Shown here: in pieces, positions 28,731-39,296 of the stretch
How positions within the stretch are numbered: position 1 is the first letter of the stretch
Layout of the letters: every line of letters starts with the position of its first letter
Source: a virus
DNA: 64,000 nucleotides
Strand: one strand, 5' to 3'
Virus record (IMG/VR): IMGVR_UViG_3300033150_002410
Coordinates: 5,947 to 69,946 of that record
Notes under the pieces: model-generated
The model's input: only the letters and a program-made list of their open reading frames with translations
What the model was told of the DNA's origin: nothing
Databases searched by the model: none
Made by a program: the position numbers and the translations under genes

Positions 28731-29839
28731 TTCTTACATATTCTTCACTAATATCAATACCTATATAATGTCTATTTAACATCTTTGCAGCAACGATAGT
28801 TGTTCCAGAACCAACAAAAGGATCCAAAACAACTCCTCCTGCAGGACTTCCTGCTAGAATACAAGGAGTTACAAGTTCTGGACAGAAAGCTGCAAAATGA
28901 TCATGCTTAATAGCCCTCGGCCTTACAAACCATACAGACCTCCTGTTACTCTTATCTCTGAAATTATACATATAAGAAGTAATACCATAATTGAATATTT
29001 GCCCCTTGCTATTCCTACCAAAAGTAGGATATTTACTTCTTTCTTTAGAGGAATCTGCTGATTTCTCGGTTACAGAATCCATATCAAAATAATAATTCTC
29101 AGACTTACTTAGCAAAAAGATGTATTCATGAGATTTGGTAAATCTGTCTTTGACCGATTCAGGCTTCACATTTCTCCATCGGATATCACCACTACATCCT
29201 TTTACCCAGATTATATCCTGCCGGAGGAACCAGCCATCTCTTCTTAAAGAAAACGCAAGTTCCCAAGGAATACCTATTATATCCTTTCTCTTAAGACCTG
29301 CTTCCCTGTTTACTTTTATCGGTAAGGATTTTCTGCCCTTCTTTTCTTTCTTTCCGAACTGCTCATGCTTTTTAAAATGATCTTTCATTGGATTACCGGC
29401 TCCCCCACTTGCCGGCATAAGAATCACCAATATTTAACCATAAAGTACCGGCGGGTTTTAGAACTCTTTTTACTTCCCTGAAAATATCAACAAGATGTTT
29501 AATGTACAAATAAGGTGAGGGCTCTTTTCCCAAATCTCCCAACCATGCATAACATTTACTACAAAAATAAGATACAATTTTATCCCCTCGTATATCCATT
29601 TTACTAGCTTGCTTATCTGCTCCCGTATTAGCATTATATCCTTTTCCTCCTCTTGGGGGATCCTCATTCAAAGACCAATCGTGTACACAATTTTCATCAC
29701 CACCCCACACGATTGGTTTCGTTAGATAACTTCTGAGCATATAATAAGGAGGAGAAGTTATACAAACATCTATAGAATTTTCCTCTAATTTCTTCAAAAT
29801 GTCCAAAGCATTTCCCAGATATATTTTATCTAATTCCAT
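28684..29839 (-). pseudogene. beta-class DNA amino-methyltransferase (SPPY, m4C-type) split by a 1-nt frameshift
   Basis: TSPPY and RVLKPAGTLWLNIGDSY in 29393-29839; RQDIIW, HFAAF, DPFVGSGTT in 28684-29430. Confidence 0.85.
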
Positions 29840-30324
29840 TTATATATCCTTTCAAAAACAGACCAGTACATAATGACAACCGGTTCCTTTATCGATTTTC
29901 TTTTATAAACAATCAACCAATCGGTGTCCTTCTTTTTATTTCTCTCTGCCTGCTCAATCGTCGGGAGAAAATCCAGTTTTTCGGATGATTTACATTCTAT
30001 ACTAAATGGAAATCTTTTCAAGGCTTCTCCTCTTAAAACAATATCAACTCCTTTCTGCCCCATTTCTCTTGAATGAATCAAGCAATTATCATCCTGTTGA
30101 TCATATTTAATATTTAACAGAAAAGCCAGTCTGGTACAAATCCATTTTTGTAGATTTCTTCCTTTGGACTTGGCCGAACTGATCTTTATCCTTTTCTCTG
30201 AATTAATCAATTTCTTGATTATCTTACTGGATATATTAGTTGAAGATAAAATATCTCTCAATTCTCTCACTTCTTTTATAGAAAAATTAATCCATCCCAT
30301 ATTTTCGTTTCCTCCTGACAACAA
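29830..30324 (-). CDS. Holliday junction resolvase (PD-(D/E)xK)
   Basis: AKSKGRNLQ, G.D, SIECK, QA. Confidence 0.8.
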   Translation of the reverse strand: MLSGGNENMGWINFSIKEVRELRDILSSTNISSKIIKKLINSEKRIKISSAKSKGRNLQKWICTRLAFLLNIKYDQQDDNCLIHSREMGQKGVDIVLRGEALKRFPFSIECKSSEKLDFLPTIEQAERNKKKDTDWLIVYKRKSIKEPVVIMYWSVFERIYKWN

Positions 30325-31324
30325 TACTTTCCTCTATTTTCTCCCATTTCTCCATAACTTTCTTTGTCAGCTCTTTTACCCTTTCCTCACAAGCTTCTAT
30401 GTACTCTATAAGACTGTTCCTGTCAAATTGTTTACCTTCATATTCTATGTTGTTACTAGCTTTAAGTAAATCTCCTCTTTTCCCTCTCAAATCATAAAGG
30501 AAATCAATATTACTTCCTATATTATCAATACCATAGTCAAAAAGCAAAGAAAGAACACATTCCCTGTACGGTTTAGGAGCTTTCAGCTTTGTTGTTTTTG
30601 CTTTTATTACCGTTCCTATAGCATTTCCTCTCACATCGATAGTGGAAAGTTTAGCCAACCACAAAACTGCATAAGCATAAAAATCTAAAGCTTTCCCTCC
30701 AGCTCTGGTATATTTCTCAAATGATAAAACATCTATATTATATCTTATCTGAGAAATTATAATTAATAAAACATTTTTATCCTCAAAATCATCAGCTAAT
30801 GTCCTGAAAAACTCCTGAGACAGAAATTTAGCTGTCTCCATTTTATAACTGCCTTTCTCAAGCTTTTTTCCTTGCTTATAAGCCCTGTATCTTTTATCAG
30901 CTAACTCTTCTATCTCTTCGGAGGAAAGACCATCCAGAGAATCTACTACATATATACCGATTTCATTCTTCTTGAGAGAATCAAGGAAAGCTCTTATATT
31001 ACAAAACAAATCTTGTATAGTATTGCTCTTATATCTCTTGCTTTCATCTATTGGAATAATTTCTATGCCATACAATCTTTTAGTGTCAAATGAAAAACCA
31101 CTCTCACAATCATCATATACCCATTTCAGTTTTTCTTTGTGTTTGTAATAACTAGAAGCTATTATTTCACATGCAATCCATGTCTTGGCTGTGGCTTTAT
31201 CTCCTACAATGTTTATTATCTTCCCAGAGGGAAAACCTGAACCTTTCCCACCACCAACTACTAAATCCAATAAATCACTTCCAGTACTAAACCATTCTTT
31301 CTTCTTCATTCTATTCCCCATCAT
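30287..31324 (-). CDS. RecA/UvsX-like recombinase
   Basis: STGSDLLD..GG..G, VVDSL, ISQIR, GGKALDFYA. Confidence 0.9.
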   Translation of the reverse strand: MMGNRMKKKEWFSTGSDLLDLVVGGGKGSGFPSGKIINIVGDKATAKTWIACEIIASSYYKHKEKLKWVYDDCESGFSFDTKRLYGIEIIPIDESKRYKSNTIQDLFCNIRAFLDSLKKNEIGIYVVDSLDGLSSEEIEELADKRYRAYKQGKKLEKGSYKMETAKFLSQEFFRTLADDFEDKNVLLIIISQIRYNIDVLSFEKYTRAGGKALDFYAYAVLWLAKLSTIDVRGNAIGTVIKAKTTKLKAPKPYRECVLSLLFDYGIDNIGSNIDFLYDLRGKRGDLLKASNNIEYEGKQFDRNSLIEYIEACEERVKELTKKVMEKWEKIEESIVVRRKRKYGMD

Positions 31325-31339
31325 TTATTTATGCCCCCA

Positions 31340-32392
31340 TTAGAAAGGGGGCACATAATCTCTTCCAAAAGCTCTACATTGTTTCCAGACTTTGCAATCA
31401 TCACATACATCATACTCATCACAATCTCGTCCAAATACAAGACCATAAGGACATTCTTCCACATTTGTTTCTTTACTCTTTCTTGTTTTTCTCTGCGGAA
31501 CAGGCTTTCTGTCACTTACTTCTTCTTCTCTCTTCTCTTCTACTTTGTCATCAACTTTATCTTCCTCTATATCTCTTCTTACTCTTCTTCTTGTAAAAAT
31601 TCTTCCTTCTTCTTCATTCTCTTCTTTCATCTCTTTTTCTTCATTTTCAATAGGGAGATCATTACCGGTAAGGATACCCATAAGCTCATTGTAGTCCCTG
31701 AGTATAATGTACTTATCAAAAGATATGGCCTTTCTCATCAGCTCTTCAGTAATCTGAAAGTTTTCTCTCTTATTGAATACAAAATCTTTGTATCTTAGTG
31801 CTTCCCTTCCTTCATAGGAAACTACAGAAGTTCTAAATTCAATTGTGTATCCTTTTTCGGGATCTGCAAAATCGAGATAAGGACCTATTCCTCTCCTGTT
31901 CCCCTCATATTTAGCCTTTTCTATCAATTCTTTTTCAAAAAGAAAATGGCTTACTTCAAACACTAGAATTTCTACCTTTTCTTTCATCGCATCAACGACA
32001 TTATAAACAACCCTTCTTTTTGCTTTCATTTGAAGATATTCTTTATCTTCTCTTCCGAACTGTTTTACCCTTTCAGTTGCATATTCACACAAAGGACACG
32101 GTTTCGAGTAATTTTTGGCTAAACATACACAATCAATCCCTACAGCTCCAACATTCCTGTGCACCCAGATATCCAGCGTGTAATCATAAGAACCAATTTT
32201 GGCCTTGTTCTTCGCTACCAAAGGATGTTTCTCAGATAAAATTTCATACGGAACAATATCTATAGCTCCATATTCTTCCTTTGGCGGTTTGTAAATTTTT
32301 AAATTCCCAATCTGAGACAAATCCAAGTAAGTTATGTAATCCCTACTTTGATGATCTCCATACCTTTCATTTAATAATCCCATCTTTTTCAC
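31340..32392 (-). CDS. single-stranded DNA-binding protein (T4 gp32-like)
   Basis: H...C....CPLC zinc module, YNV, DPEKG, acidic tail. Confidence 0.75.
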   Translation of the reverse strand: MKKMGLLNERYGDHQSRDYITYLDLSQIGNLKIYKPPKEEYGAIDIVPYEILSEKHPLVAKNKAKIGSYDYTLDIWVHRNVGAVGIDCVCLAKNYSKPCPLCEYATERVKQFGREDKEYLQMKAKRRVVYNVVDAMKEKVEILVFEVSHFLFEKELIEKAKYEGNRRGIGPYLDFADPEKGYTIEFRTSVVSYEGREALRYKDFVFNKRENFQITEELMRKAISFDKYIILRDYNELMGILTGNDLPIENEEKEMKEENEEEGRIFTRRRVRRDIEEDKVDDKVEEKREEEVSDRKPVPQRKTRKSKETNVEECPYGLVFGRDCDEYDVCDDCKVWKQCRAFGRDYVPPF

Positions 32393-32862
32393 TCCTTGTT
32401 GTTAAGATTTTTTCTTATTTCTTCACTTACTGACATATTATTTATACCGTTTTCATTGTAATAACCTCCTATCCATAATTTTACTAAATTCTGTACTTCA
32501 TATTTTCTGCTTTCTAGTACAGACATGAATGCTTCCAGCATATAATATTTTTCTCTTACATCCAATAATTCTTTTTTCTTTTTAACTACAGCTCTATCAG
32601 TTTCTACCAAAGAAGAAATTACAGATTCCGTAACTTTCAGGTCTTTCAGGTCTCTTGGGGGAAATCTTCTAAAAAACAGATCCTTTTCTGCCATCAGTTT
32701 CTTAAGCTCATTCTCTTTCTTATCTCTTTCCGCTTTTGTTTGAGCATATATTTCTGCAACATAATCATGAAAACTGACATTTTTAACACATTCTTCTTCT
32801 AACTTGAATCTATTGATCTTTAAATCTTCCCTGTTAATATCAATAATATCATTCATTTCCAT
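32389..32862 (-). CDS. UvsY-like recombination mediator
   Basis: DLKIN..LEEE, KVTESVI helical pattern; adjacent to SSB/RecA. Confidence 0.6.
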   Translation of the reverse strand: MEMNDIIDINREDLKINRFKLEEECVKNVSFHDYVAEIYAQTKAERDKKENELKKLMAEKDLFFRRFPPRDLKDLKVTESVISSLVETDRAVVKKKKELLDVREKYYMLEAFMSVLESRKYEVQNLVKLWIGGYYNENGINNMSVSEEIRKNLNNKE

Positions 32863-32876
32863 AATCCACTCTCCTG

Positions 32877-33812
32877 TTATTTATATTTATTTATATTACA
32901 GGCTTTCATGCAATAATACACTAAGCCAGGAAATCCTGAATAAAACAATGGTTCTTTAAATATTTCAATTTTTTTAAATGTGTTAAAATCTTTTTTACCC
33001 ATAACGGTTTTTGCCAGATAACCTAAAATAGCCCTTCTTATTTTTTCCACATCTTCTTTCTTATTTTCTAAAATCCTTAAATCATGCGATACTTTGCTCC
33101 AATCAGTTCCATTATAAATATCTCTACATAAGTTAATAACTTCAATAGAATCTTCAGTTGAAACAATATCTTTTATATACTGTATTTGATCTTTCTTATC
33201 CTTTATCCCGGAAACTGTTTCCAGAATAACAAGAGCTGTTCTAGGCACACCTTCACTTTTGCTGGTAATTAAATCAAGAACCTCTCCAGATACATTATAA
33301 TTTTCCTGTTTTTTTATCTTTCTGAGCATCATATATAATTCTTCATGATTCAAGGGATAAAAAGTGAAATGAGCACATCTGGTATGTATACCTTTTATAA
33401 GCTTGTTCGGTTCAGTAGTGCATAGTATAAAATATACATAAGATGGTGTTTCTTCTAATGTTTTAAGAAGAGCTTGCTGAGCATCGTTGGTTAAACCATG
33501 TGCTTCATCTATTATAAAAAGAATGTTTCTACCATCCATCGGTTTATATTCAACTTGTTCGACTATTTCTCTTATAGTATCAATTCCTCTTGTATTGGAA
33601 GTATTATATTCCCTGAGAGAAAAACCATCAGCACCGATTCTCTTTGCAATAATCCTGGCCATTGTTGTCTTTCCACAACCATAAGGGCCTGAAAAAATAT
33701 AAGAATGCGGTCTTTCCTCTTTATCGAATAGTGATTTCAAAGTAGTAACACATTCTTTGTTCCCAACAAACTCATCGAAGTCTTCAGGTCTTACTCTCTG
33801 ATATAAACTCAT
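32877..33812 (-). CDS. clamp loader (DnaX gamma/tau-like AAA+)
   Basis: LYQRVRP..F, GPYGCGKTT, IIDEAH, ALLKTLEE, TRC. Confidence 0.92.
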   Translation of the reverse strand: MSLYQRVRPEDFDEFVGNKECVTTLKSLFDKEERPHSYIFSGPYGCGKTTMARIIAKRIGADGFSLREYNTSNTRGIDTIREIVEQVEYKPMDGRNILFIIDEAHGLTNDAQQALLKTLEETPSYVYFILCTTEPNKLIKGIHTRCAHFTFYPLNHEELYMMLRKIKKQENYNVSGEVLDLITSKSEGVPRTALVILETVSGIKDKKDQIQYIKDIVSTEDSIEVINLCRDIYNGTDWSKVSHDLRILENKKEDVEKIRRAILGYLAKTVMGKKDFNTFKKIEIFKEPLFYSGFPGLVYYCMKACNINKYK

Positions 33813-33813
33813 C

Positions 33814-34002
33814 TTACACCCCTCTGTTCTTCTTATTACACTCATTACAAACATAATAAGCATCTTTATCTATTTCATCATTTTTTATTTCTTCAATTGT
33901 GAAACCAAACTGTTCCATTTTGTAATCTAGTTCTTCAATATTATCAGCATCTATTTCAATCACTTTGCCACAAAATACACAAGAAATTGCGTAATACATC
34001 AT
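33814..34002 (-). CDS. small zinc-finger protein
   Basis: CVFC and CNEC. Confidence 0.6.
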   Translation of the reverse strand: MMYYAISCVFCGKVIEIDADNIEELDYKMEQFGFTIEEIKNDEIDKDAYYVCNECNKKNRGV

Positions 34003-36569
34003 TCTTCACCTATAAAACCATATTCTTCTATACTAGCTAAAGATCCATTTATCTTTGTTTTCGACTTTTTCATTTTTAAAGGAACCACAATCCAGGGCCA
34101 ATCCTTTTTTATCTTTTGTGTTCCATAAAAATGAACAAGTTCATCTATTTCATTTTCTTCTTCTGGTAATGCATCAAACATTATTTCATCATGAATCTGT
34201 CCAATTATCTTAGACTTCATACGTCTCTTTTCAATTACTCTCTGGACATCAATCAAAAGCTTCAATAAACAATGAAAAGCTGATCCCTGAAATGGATAAT
34301 TAAATATTTCATTCTTCCCCAGTGGAAATCTGTATTTGAAATTAGTCAATGATTTTATATAACCATCCCTCTCATATTCCTTGATCTTCTCTCTTTTATA
34401 TTTATAATAGCCCCTGAAATCTTCTAACCAGAATTCCTTTTCAATCCTTTCAATATGAATCATGAAATCATAAATATTTATTATCTCTTTACTCTTCAAA
34501 TGTTCTTTAATTTCTTTACTTATACCATTCCAGATATTGACAGATATATTTTTCCAATAATCACCATAAAATTCCGGAAATACAAATTGATTCTTAGCCA
34601 TATATCGAATTTCTGCTGTTATTTTTTCTTTCGGTAATAAAAATATTTTTTCTGCCTGATCTCTGTGCATATCTTTATTATCATCAAAAAGATAATCAAT
34701 AAGCTTTTCATCCTTCGAGTAACAAGCAGCCATGGCTACTTCTATTCCAGAATAATCATAAGCTAAAATTATATTACCTTTTGATGGAATTATAATATCT
34801 CTTATTCTCTTTCCTATTTCCTTTTCCTTTTTCGGTATATTCTGAATGTTCGGGCTATTGGAAGAAGAACGATATGTCTTAACATTAAATAAACTAAAAA
34901 ATGGATATATCTTTCCCCCAATTATTTCTCTTTTGTATTGTTCAATGTAGGTATTTTTCGCTTTTTCCCATTCCCTATAATTCAACAAATCTTTTGCAAA
35001 AGGATGTTTTATTTCCTGTAATACTTCTTTATCTATACTTTCTTTCCCCTTTGCTGTGTATTTGATTGGTTTTATTTCTAAAATGTCAAAAAACACCTTT
35101 TTCAAATGTATAGGTGAGTTTATATCAAATTTCTTCCCCTCCCAGTTTGCTATAAAATCATAAGAAAATATTTTTTCATGATATTCATTGATTTTATCTG
35201 AAATCTCGTTTGCCACTTTATTCATCTTATCATCATCAATACAAATCCCGTTATACTGAACCTTAGCCAAAGCATTAGCTCCTTCTGTCAGGAAAAATAA
35301 TCCTTTTTTCAGATCATCATCAATTAATTCTTCATATTTCTCTTTCAATTTATATGTAAAATAAGAATCAAGAGCACAATAATATAATAAATCTTTTATT
35401 GGAGCAGAATCCAGTCTATTAAAGGCATTAGCGCCATACCTTTCCTCCTCTTCTCTAGTTGCTGTCATATATTTATCAATAACACTATCATAATTCAGCT
35501 CACCAAATTTAACATATACAAGATATTTTAAATTATTTGGTTTCCTGTTATTATAACAATGCGCCATCAGGATAGTATCATATTTCAGATTATTTATCCA
35601 AATACCTAATCTTGCTTTAGTCCATACCTGTTCAAATGAAATATTATGAGCTATTTTCTCTGAATTATTACTCAACAAAGATTTTAATTTTTCCTTGAAC
35701 TCAATACCATCAAAAAATGGAAAAGCATAAGATTTCTCACCATTTGAAAAAGAAAGACAAAGAATCTCCTGTCCTCCCCTTTGTGGTTTTCTGCCAGTAG
35801 TCTCATAATCCAAAGCAAATAAATTCCAAGTACCGATTTCATCTAACCAGACAACAGCCTTGTTTTCGTCTGTTGTTGTTTCTATCTTATCCAAGTAATC
35901 AACAACAGGAAAATCTCTATTTAAATAAGTCAAACCCTCCTCTATATTCTTTTTCCACATATTCATTATAATTGATCCATCCGCATCTTCCAAACTTCTC
36001 AAAATGGAGGATGGATGATATATAGGGACAATCCAACAACCGAGTTCCTGATCGGGAATAAAAGAACCAGTCCAATTTCCGAATCTATCCTTCTTACCCG
36101 TAACATTTGCTCTTCCTTTTAATCTATAACCTATAACAGCATCAAAAGCTATACTTCCTATCAGGAATATTAATTTTGGCTGTAAGTCTCTTATTTCTTT
36201 CTTTAAATATTTTCTGCAAGCATTTATCTGAACTTTGGTAGGTGTCTTATTTCCGGGAGGACGACACTTCACGGCATTTGTAACAAAACAATCTCTATCG
36301 AATATTATATTAAACTCTTCAAAAACCTCTCTCAAAAACTTACCGGTCTTTCCAACAAACTGTATTCCTTTTTTATCCTCCTGTTCTCCGGGAGCCTCTC
36401 CTACAATCATTATTCCTTTTCTGCCATAACCGGAAAATTTCATTTTTGGAAAAGTACAAGATTTATAAAGGCCACAATCCTGACAAGTAGAAGCCTTATC
36501 ATGTTTTCTACTATCGTTATTTGATATTTTAAGAGAAAAGTCCATGGCTTTAAAAAAAGACTTGTTCAT
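33999..36569 (-). CDS. polA: family A DNA polymerase with N-terminal family-4 uracil-DNA glycosylase domain
   Basis: GEAPG, NAVKCRPP, YHPS (UDG); DYET, HN, D (3'-5' exo); DYSGIE, R..AK...F...YG, QIHDE (pol). Confidence 0.95.
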   Translation of the reverse strand: MNKSFFKAMDFSLKISNNDSRKHDKASTCQDCGLYKSCTFPKMKFSGYGRKGIMIVGEAPGEQEDKKGIQFVGKTGKFLREVFEEFNIIFDRDCFVTNAVKCRPPGNKTPTKVQINACRKYLKKEIRDLQPKLIFLIGSIAFDAVIGYRLKGRANVTGKKDRFGNWTGSFIPDQELGCWIVPIYHPSSILRSLEDADGSIIMNMWKKNIEEGLTYLNRDFPVVDYLDKIETTTDENKAVVWLDEIGTWNLFALDYETTGRKPQRGGQEILCLSFSNGEKSYAFPFFDGIEFKEKLKSLLSNNSEKIAHNISFEQVWTKARLGIWINNLKYDTILMAHCYNNRKPNNLKYLVYVKFGELNYDSVIDKYMTATREEEERYGANAFNRLDSAPIKDLLYYCALDSYFTYKLKEKYEELIDDDLKKGLFFLTEGANALAKVQYNGICIDDDKMNKVANEISDKINEYHEKIFSYDFIANWEGKKFDINSPIHLKKVFFDILEIKPIKYTAKGKESIDKEVLQEIKHPFAKDLLNYREWEKAKNTYIEQYKREIIGGKIYPFFSLFNVKTYRSSSNSPNIQNIPKKEKEIGKRIRDIIIPSKGNIILAYDYSGIEVAMAACYSKDEKLIDYLFDDNKDMHRDQAEKIFLLPKEKITAEIRYMAKNQFVFPEFYGDYWKNISVNIWNGISKEIKEHLKSKEIINIYDFMIHIERIEKEFWLEDFRGYYKYKREKIKEYERDGYIKSLTNFKYRFPLGKNEIFNYPFQGSAFHCLLKLLIDVQRVIEKRRMKSKIIGQIHDEIMFDALPEEENEIDELVHFYGTQKIKKDWPWIVVPLKMKKSKTKINGSLASIEEYGFIGEE

Positions 36570-37645
36570 TTTTCTTCCACCATAAAAGAGAAAAGAGAAT
36601 TATCAGAAACAAAAATAATATATTCTACTTTATTATCTACCCCTTTTGAACATGAAAATGTAATATTTTCATAAATTAAAACACCATGTTTGAAGAATAA
36701 TAAAGGAATCAAAATAACTTTCTTGTCTTTTATAATTTCTTCCTTTAAATCTATCACATCAAAAATTCCTCCCTTTTCATTCTCGGAGAAAAAAGATACC
36801 TCCTTTCCTTCTACTTTCAAGTTGAAGAAAGCCCTTCCGGATTCTTCCATCTTAAAGAGAGCTATTCTATCTATAGCACTTTTAATTCTATCCTTTTCTT
36901 CTAATTTTATTTTAAATATTTCTTTCGTCCCCATTATTTCCTTATAAACATCATCAACTTTTTCAGAGGGAAAAGAATCAACATCCAAAGATCTACAACC
37001 AAAAATTGAATTTCCTCCCTTGAAAAACAACCAATCAGCTTTCTTGGTATATTCGGACAGGAATTTATTTTTACTCAGAAAAGAAACAACATTTTTATTC
37101 AACCAAAAAGGATTTTCTATAAATGGCTCTTTCATATCTAGTACCGATATGAAAAAACCATCACATGCTTTTAAGACATTTTTATCTATGAAAACACCAG
37201 GCAACCTGGGAAATTTATAACCATCAATGTGTGAATGTAATAAACCATCGAAAAACAATTCAGGAACATTTTTCCAACTAAGTTTATCAATATTATCGAA
37301 GTTTGCTTCTATAAGTGTATAAATTTGTGTATCTATCAATGGAATATAGCTTTTTATCTTTTCTGCATTAATATATAATCTTTCTTTTTTAGGACTTATT
37401 TCTAGAATAGAATTTTGTGGATATTTCGATATAACTCTATGCATATCTTGTATTCTCACACAAAAGAAATCGCAAGAATCAGATAATGTGCGAATAACTA
37501 TTTCTCTGTCATTATAAGAATACATCTTATTTCCATTGATAACTACAGTATCAGTTCCTTCAATAAATGAAGCAGAACGATCTACTGCATGTAAGCAAAA
37601 ATCAATAGCTTCTAACATTTCTTCTCTACTGATCTTCATCTTCAT
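36566..37645 (-). CDS. sliding clamp (beta-like)
   Basis: 359 aa; KISREEMLEAI, ACDG, FP repeats; next to polymerase and clamp loader. Confidence 0.7.
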   Translation of the reverse strand: MKMKISREEMLEAIDFCLHAVDRSASFIEGTDTVVINGNKMYSYNDREIVIRTLSDSCDFFCVRIQDMHRVISKYPQNSILEISPKKERLYINAEKIKSYIPLIDTQIYTLIEANFDNIDKLSWKNVPELFFDGLLHSHIDGYKFPRLPGVFIDKNVLKACDGFFISVLDMKEPFIENPFWLNKNVVSFLSKNKFLSEYTKKADWLFFKGGNSIFGCRSLDVDSFPSEKVDDVYKEIMGTKEIFKIKLEEKDRIKSAIDRIALFKMEESGRAFFNLKVEGKEVSFFSENEKGGIFDVIDLKEEIIKDKKVILIPLLFFKHGVLIYENITFSCSKGVDNKVEYIIFVSDNSLFSFMVEEK

Positions 37646-37829
37646 TATCTCCTTTAGCTAATGATAATATTCTTGTTTCACAATACTCAAATGTTTTTGA
37701 AAATAAACACTTACATTTAGGACATATATATTCTTTTATCAATTCCATTCCATCAGAAGAAAAATACGTCCTTGTATTAAGAAAACCATTTTCCTCTTTG
37801 TTACAGTTCGGACAACTAAGCATCTTCAT
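37626..37829 (-). CDS. small zinc-ribbon protein
   Basis: CPNC and CPKC. Confidence 0.6.
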   Translation of the reverse strand: MKMLSCPNCNKEENGFLNTRTYFSSDGMELIKEYICPKCKCLFSKTFEYCETRILSLAKGDNEDEDQ

Positions 37830-37998
37830 TTACCTTCGTCATATAAACATTATCCTTCAACTTCTTCTCAATATTAAAAATTAACGATAAAAGAATATTT
37901 TGATTAAGCTCTCCATAAACTATTTGAGCTTTCATTTTATTTATTGCTTCCATTACATCAACAAAACCTTTTTCTGTTATTATAGGATCGTCATACAT
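37816..37998 (-). CDS. hypothetical protein
   Basis: Coupled ORF with RBS GGAG. Confidence 0.5.
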   Translation of the reverse strand: MYDDPIITEKGFVDVMEAINKMKAQIVYGELNQNILLSLIFNIEKKLKDNVYMTKVNEDA

Positions 37999-39239
37999 GC
38001 TTTTATTCTCCTTATATATTCAAGTTTAGCTTCTGCTTTATTCATTACTTTTTTCCAATCCTTGTATTTATTAGCCCACGTTTGATTTTTTACCCACTTG
38101 TATGCCCTTTCGACCTTTTTTAAATCTTTTTCCTCGTTTTTATATACATGCTCCATGACTTTAGCAAAATCCTCAGCCCTTACCAATCTTCTTATAGTTC
38201 CATTGTCAATGGAACCATAACAGATATACTGCCCCTCTGGTGTAACAAGATTACCCATCTTTCCACCAGCTAATATCTCATTTAAACTGCTGTTTCGAGG
38301 AAAGATTATATGTCTTTTACAAGCCATAGCCTCTAAAACGCTTAAACCAAATCCCTCTCCCAAAGTAGTGGAAATAACTACATTAGCAGTATTATAAATT
38401 TTGTTCACAACCTCTTCCGTATATCCAAAAGAAGCAGAATAATTAACTGGAGCAAACCAATCTTTTCCATATTCAAGATCAAAAAACTCAGCCATTTTTA
38501 TAAGGTTTCCTCCCTGATCTTCTATAGCAGCAAGCAGAAACAGCAAAGCATTATTACATATATATTTTTTGAAAAGATTAAAAGCCTCAAAAGTTCTTAA
38601 CAAATCTTTTCTTGTTTGATTTCTATTCACATTCAAGATAATATACCTGTTCTCTAATGAAACAGGACCTATAAAACATTCTTTCTTAAATCTTTCTATC
38701 TCCTCTTTTTCCAACGGTTTGAAAATATCCGTATCCACACCATGATAAATTACATCGATTTGTTCCAGACTTTTTTTATATTTCATACATTGTGATTTGC
38801 CATAATAAGTATAAGCCACAGGGAAATCAACTTTACTTATGGTTTCTACCCATTCTTTTCTCATAGAACAGTCTACAGGAAAGTAGTAAACAGAAACAAA
38901 TTTCTTAGAACTTTCTAATTTCTCATTACACTCTTTTACTTTATCTATAATTGTTTCTAACGTAAATGGATCATGCATAATCCACAGGAAATCATATTTG
39001 CCCGTGGATAACATATCCAATAATTTCTGCCTGCCGAGAAGATCATTATATCTTTTATTGAGATTTCCTTTGGCTGGATAAATATTTACTTTTTTAAAAT
39101 TATGTGGATCTCCATTATAATTAATCCCTAAGACGTCTATTTCGTATTCCTCACGAAAAAATCTAAGGAGGCTTCTGGCCACCATTGAAAAACCGGTAAA
39201 TCCGGTAGGTGTATCTGACCACCACAAAATCTTTTTCAT
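37980..39239 (-). CDS. GT-B glycosyltransferase (GT4-like)
   Basis: TGF, IYHGVD..F, NRNQTRKD, EGFGLSVLEAMAC. Confidence 0.92.
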   Translation of the reverse strand: MKKILWWSDTPTGFTGFSMVARSLLRFFREEYEIDVLGINYNGDPHNFKKVNIYPAKGNLNKRYNDLLGRQKLLDMLSTGKYDFLWIMHDPFTLETIIDKVKECNEKLESSKKFVSVYYFPVDCSMRKEWVETISKVDFPVAYTYYGKSQCMKYKKSLEQIDVIYHGVDTDIFKPLEKEEIERFKKECFIGPVSLENRYIILNVNRNQTRKDLLRTFEAFNLFKKYICNNALLFLLAAIEDQGGNLIKMAEFFDLEYGKDWFAPVNYSASFGYTEEVVNKIYNTANVVISTTLGEGFGLSVLEAMACKRHIIFPRNSSLNEILAGGKMGNLVTPEGQYICYGSIDNGTIRRLVRAEDFAKVMEHVYKNEEKDLKKVERAYKWVKNQTWANKYKDWKKVMNKAEAKLEYIRRIKACMTIL

Positions 39240-39296
39240 AATACTTCCCCCTCTTGTTTTATAATAACAATATTAAAGAAATAAATCAATACTTTT

